DNA of 64,000 bases from Trueperaceae bacterium. GTDB taxonomy: Bacteria > Deinococcota > Deinococci > Deinococcales > Trueperaceae. Below the pieces are notes generated by a model. It searched no databases. It was not told the origin of the DNA and saw only the letters and a program-made list of their open reading frames with translations. The stretch spans positions 9,620 to 73,619 of the forward strand of contig DASSXV010000021.1 in NCBI GenBank assembly GCA_035703635.1. Reading direction: 5' to 3'. Below are positions 60,213-64,000 of the stretch, piece after piece (positions within the stretch are counted from its first letter, which is position 1; each line of letters opens with the position of its first letter). Position numbers and translations under genes: made by a program.

Positions 60213-61757
60213 ATGGCAGTACCGAACAAGGAACCGGCGCCGAGGGCGCTCATCAGCGTTTCTGACAAGCGCGGGCTTCAGGAGCTGGCTAGTGGGCTCC
60301 TGGCCTTGGGTTACGAGCTCGTAAGCACGGGCGGAACGCTGGCCGCGCTTCGCGGTTGGGGCTTGCCTGCCGTCGCCGTCGCCGACGTGACGGGCTTTCC
60401 CGAGATCTTGGATGGACGCGTCAAGACCCTGCACCCGAAGGTTCACGGCGGCATCCTTGCCCGGCGCGAACCTGGGCACCTTGCCGAGTTGGCGCGCCAC
60501 GAGATTGCGCCGGTCGACGTGGTGGTGGCGAACCTATACCCGTTCCGCGAGACGGTCGCGCGGCCAGACGTGACGTTCGCGGAGGCCGTCGAACAGATCG
60601 ACATCGGCGGTCCGAGCATGCTGCGCGCGGCGGCCAAGAACCATGCCGACGTGACGGTCCTAGTCGACCCGGAAGACTACGCGATCACGTTGGAGGCCCT
60701 CGCCCGCGGCATGACGCTAGCCGAGCGCCGCGAGCTGGCGCTGAAGGCCTTCGCGCACACCGCTGCTTACGACGCGGCCATCGTGGCGTACTTGAGCCGC
60801 GATGAGGCTTTGCCGCGGCACCTGGCCGTCGCGCTCGAACGGGCAGAGGTGCTGCGGTACGGCGAGAACCCTCACCAGATGGGCGCTCGTTATCGTGAGG
60901 TGGGGGCAGCGTCGATCTGGGACGCGGCCAAGCTGCACTCCGGGTTGGCGCTGTCTTACCTGAACCTGTTCGATGCCGAGGCGGCTTGGCGCCTCGCGCA
61001 CGACCTGGCGGCGCATGCGCCGGCCTGCGTGATCGTCAAGCATGCGAACCCATGCGGCGCCGCGTGGGGTGAGGACCTTGGTGCGGCGTACGAGCGGGCG
61101 TTCGACGCTGACCCGAAGTCGGCGTTCGGGGGCGTAGTAGCGTTGGCAGGCGTAGTAGACCTGGCATTGGCGGAGCTCATCGTGGCGCGGCCGAAGGCCG
61201 ACGTCGTCCTGGCCCACGGTTATGCGCCTGAGGCGCTCGAGTTGCTGGCGCGCAAGCGCAAGAACACCCGCATAATCGAACTGCCGGCGCCGCACGCGGC
61301 TTCCTACGGGCTCAGGCGCTTAGATGGTGGCTTCCTCCTTCAGGGACCAGACGCCGTGACCCTCGACCGTGCCCGGTGGCGCGTAGTCACCTCCAAGGAG
61401 CCGACTGGCGAGCAGTGGCGTGACGCGGTCATGGCTCAACTCGTGTGCGCCGCGACTTCCTCCAACGCAGTCATCTTGGTGGCTGGCGGCTGCGCCGTTG
61501 GGATCGGCGCTGGGCAGCAGAGCCGCGTGGACGCGGCCGAGATCGCCGTGAGGAAGGCCGCCGGACGCGCCGCTGGCGGGGTGTGTGCCTCCGACGCGTT
61601 CTTCCCGTTCCGCGACGGCCTGGACGCCGTGGCAGCCTCCGGCATCGGCCTGGTCGTGCAGCCGGGCGGGTCTATCGCGGACGACGCCATCATCGCGGCT
61701 GCAGAGGAACACGGCATGTCGATGGTGTTCACGGGCGAAAGACACTTCAGGCATTGA
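60213..61757 (+). CDS. purH: Bifunctional AICAR transformylase / IMP cyclohydrolase
   Basis: ALISVSDK; STGGT; GRVKTLHP; IDIGGP; RYGENPHQ; KHANPCG; SDAFFPF; RHFRH; AGGAGG SD. Confidence 0.97.
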   Translation: MAVPNKEPAPRALISVSDKRGLQELASGLLALGYELVSTGGTLAALRGWGLPAVAVADVTGFPEILDGRVKTLHPKVHGGILARREPGHLAELARHEIAPVDVVVANLYPFRETVARPDVTFAEAVEQIDIGGPSMLRAAAKNHADVTVLVDPEDYAITLEALARGMTLAERRELALKAFAHTAAYDAAIVAYLSRDEALPRHLAVALERAEVLRYGENPHQMGARYREVGAASIWDAAKLHSGLALSYLNLFDAEAAWRLAHDLAAHAPACVIVKHANPCGAAWGEDLGAAYERAFDADPKSAFGGVVALAGVVDLALAELIVARPKADVVLAHGYAPEALELLARKRKNTRIIELPAPHAASYGLRRLDGGFLLQGPDAVTLDRARWRVVTSKEPTGEQWRDAVMAQLVCAATSSNAVILVAGGCAVGIGAGQQSRVDAAEIAVRKAAGRAAGGVCASDAFFPFRDGLDAVAASGIGLVVQPGGSIADDAIIAAAEEHGMSMVFTGERHFRH

Positions 61758-61811
61758 GGTTTCTTCGCGCTGACCGGCCGTGACCGCCACTAGCGCGGCA
61801 TGGTGCTGCAG

Positions 61812-61827
61812 GTACTACATCTGGTAG
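61812..61827. promoter_or_regulatory. Putative NrdR box
   Basis: gtaCTACATCTGGtag versus consensus acaCwAtATaTwGtgt; lies upstream of nrdJ. Confidence 0.4.
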
Positions 61828-62183
61828 TTGGCGCGGCAGGCGGTGCTTGTGCTTGTAGGAACGCGCCTGCCAGTGGGTTGCCCGGGCGGTGCCCCGGTGG
61901 TAATCTGCTGGTCGCGCTCATCGCCGCCAGGCCAGCCTGGCTCTGCTCCATTCGGCGTAGCTCCGGTGAGATAGTCCACATCGGGGCGGCAGTGCGAGGT
62001 CAGTGATCGCAAGCGTGGCCCGCCACCAGTAGTATGCGCTAGACTTCAACGTACTAGCACTTGTATTTGACGCACGAGGGAAGTAGTCAAACATCGCCGC
62101 CCGAGCACGACCGACCGTCGGGCAGCAGTCACAGCACGCAGTAGGTAGGTGGGGTAGACCACCCGCAGCCTGGGAGGAACGTC

Positions 62184-64000
62184 ATGCTCGACAACGCACC
62201 AACCAACCCCGAACTGAACGTAGGCTTCGACCCACATGCGGTCACCATCGCCAAGCGCCAGTACTTCCAGCCAGGCGAGGAGTCGGTTGAGGCGATGTTC
62301 AGGCGCGTGGCCACCTGGGTAGCCAAACCCGAGCGCCACGAGGTGCGTGACGAGCACGCCGACCGTTTCTACCAGCTCATGATCGACAAGCGCTTCTGCC
62401 CAGGCGGGCGCGTGCTGGCCGGCGCGGACACCCTCCACGGCAACGTCCTCAACTGCTTCGTGCAGGACGGCGGTCCCGAGGTGGCGGGCAGCGACGCTTG
62501 GGTGCTGCATCTGGCCAGCAAGCTCGCGCTCGTAACGAAGGTCGGCGGCGGCAACGGCGTCAACCTCGACCCCATCGGGCCGAAGCGGCGCTTCACCGGC
62601 GCCACCGGGCGGCTCTACCTCACGATCAGTCGCGCCCACGCCGACTACCACAAGGTCAGCACCGGTACCTTCCTTGACCTCGTCAAGGGCGAGATGGTCA
62701 CTCGCGGGTACCGCGCTGGCACGTTCGTCGAGCGCGACCACCTGCCAGCCGACGTTAAGGTGCGCCTGGTCGGCGACTCCGTCGACGACATCTGGCAGGC
62801 CGCCGCGGACTCCGTGACCACCATCCTCGCTGGCCGCGACGTGGTCATCGACCTCTCCGACCTCCGCGCCGAGGGCACGCCTGTGGCGGGTTCCGGAGGC
62901 TCGTCGAGTGGTCCGTCGTCCTTCGCCGTCGAGGTGTACGACAACTTCGCGCTATGGGCCGGGCTGGGAGGCGCCAGCTTCGCTGGGCCCGTTGCTACCT
63001 TGCGTTACGTCTTCGCGCCGACCTTGAGGGCCATCAGGCAGGGCGGCACGCGGCGCGGGGCAGGCATGGCCACGCTGGCTATCACGCACCCTGACGTCGA
63101 CGACTTCATCACCGCCAAGGACCTCGACCGCGAGCGCGGCGAGGGCGACATCAGCACCTTCAACATCTCGGTGCTCGTGTCAGACGAGTTCATGGGGCAG
63201 GCAAGCGGCGAGCAGGGCCGCGGCAAGCTCTGGGAGATCGCGCAGCATGCGTGGGCGACGGGCGAGCCCGGGCTCATCTACGTCGACCGCATCAACGAGC
63301 ACAACCCCATGCGCAGCGCGCTCGGCGACATCAAGAGCACCAACCCATGCGGCGAGATCCCCCTCTACGCAGGCGAACCGTGCGACCTCGGCGCCCTCAA
63401 CCTGGCCGCTTACGTCAGGCAGCGTGACGTCGGCCTCAGTGGCTACGACTTCGACGGCTTCGCAGCTGACGTTGCCACCTGCGTCCGCTTCCTCGACAAC
63501 GTGCTTGACGTGAACCGCTTCGCGCTCGAGGACAACCGCGAGATGAGCATGAAGCTGCGGCGCCTCGGGCTCGGCGTCATGGGCCTGGCCGACGCCCTCA
63601 TTCTCATGGGTTACGGCTACGACTCCGACGAGGGCCGGGACGCCGTTGGCGCCATGATCGGCGCCCTGCGCAACGCTGCAGCGGCCACGTCGCAGGCGCT
63701 AGCCGCCGAGCGCGGCCCGTTCCCCCTATACGACGTGAGTGACCTGACCACCCCGCGACGCAACGTCGCGATCCTCACCGTCGCCCCCACCGGCACCACC
63801 AGCATGCTGATGGGCGTGTCGTCTGGCGTCGAACCGGTGTTCGCGCCGTTCATCTACCGCAAGATCGGCACCGAGTACCACGCCCTCATCCACCCCCTCT
63901 TCCAGGAACTCCTCGAGGAGCACGCAGCACATCCCGACTACAGCAAGGGCGGCGCCTGGGATTGGGACAAGGTCGTGGCTGCCGTGCAGTCCAACCACGG
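62184..64000 (+). CDS. nrdJ: Adenosylcobalamin-dependent (class II) ribonucleotide reductase; truncated by the window end
   Basis: Absent from the ORF track because it has no stop. GGAGG SD; FCPGGRVL; LNCFV; RQGGTRRGA; TGEPG; TNPCGEIPL; RRLGLGVMG; VAPTGTTS. Confidence 0.92.
   Translation, partial: MLDNAPTNPELNVGFDPHAVTIAKRQYFQPGEESVEAMFRRVATWVAKPERHEVRDEHADRFYQLMIDKRFCPGGRVLAGADTLHGNVLNCFVQDGGPEVAGSDAWVLHLASKLALVTKVGGGNGVNLDPIGPKRRFTGATGRLYLTISRAHADYHKVSTGTFLDLVKGEMVTRGYRAGTFVERDHLPADVKVRLVGDSVDDIWQAAADSVTTILAGRDVVIDLSDLRAEGTPVAGSGGSSSGPSSFAVEVYDNFALWAGLGGASFAGPVATLRYVFAPTLRAIRQGGTRRGAGMATLAITHPDVDDFITAKDLDRERGEGDISTFNISVLVSDEFMGQASGEQGRGKLWEIAQHAWATGEPGLIYVDRINEHNPMRSALGDIKSTNPCGEIPLYAGEPCDLGALNLAAYVRQRDVGLSGYDFDGFAADVATCVRFLDNVLDVNRFALEDNREMSMKLRRLGLGVMGLADALILMGYGYDSDEGRDAVGAMIGALRNAAAATSQALAAERGPFPLYDVSDLTTPRRNVAILTVAPTGTTSMLMGVSSGVEPVFAPFIYRKIGTEYHALIHPLFQELLEEHAAHPDYSKGGAWDWDKVVAAVQSNH

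Noticed and set aside
62184-64000. Intein in nrdJ
   Set aside because: Core motifs are contiguous in the visible part; no intein splice or homing endonuclease motifs seen

Overview
High-GC, gene-dense chromosomal segment, most likely from a Deinococcota bacterium (Trueperaceae-like). This rests on a TmrAB-like ABC exporter pair, an M32 carboxypeptidase, a Deinococcus/Thermus-type NrdJ and many leaderless TANNNT-N5-7-ATG starts. The window is mostly housekeeping: ftsH, glgC, rlmN, rex, rnr, carB, pheA, rnhA-acpS-rpiA, maf-mreC, leuS, lpdA, argF-argC-argJ, pilD, ompH, ffh-rpsP-khpA-rimM-trmD, malic enzyme, crcB, tRNA-Arg(CCG), a SurA/PpiC chaperone, purH and a partial nrdJ. I saw no mobile elements, prophage or CRISPR array. 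The best leads are: (1) a candidate leaderless-uORF transcription attenuator upstream of leuS with a single Leu codon, an antiterminator and a terminator; (2) an uncharacterised pair of secreted beta-rich proteins, each with exactly one Cys; (3) a multidomain protein that looks like B3-like + HTH + nuclease-like fold + wHTH; (4) a PASTA membrane protein with a degenerate kinase N-lobe; (5) candidate Rex, ArgR and NrdR operators. All protein assignments come from motif recognition by eye; no database searches were run.
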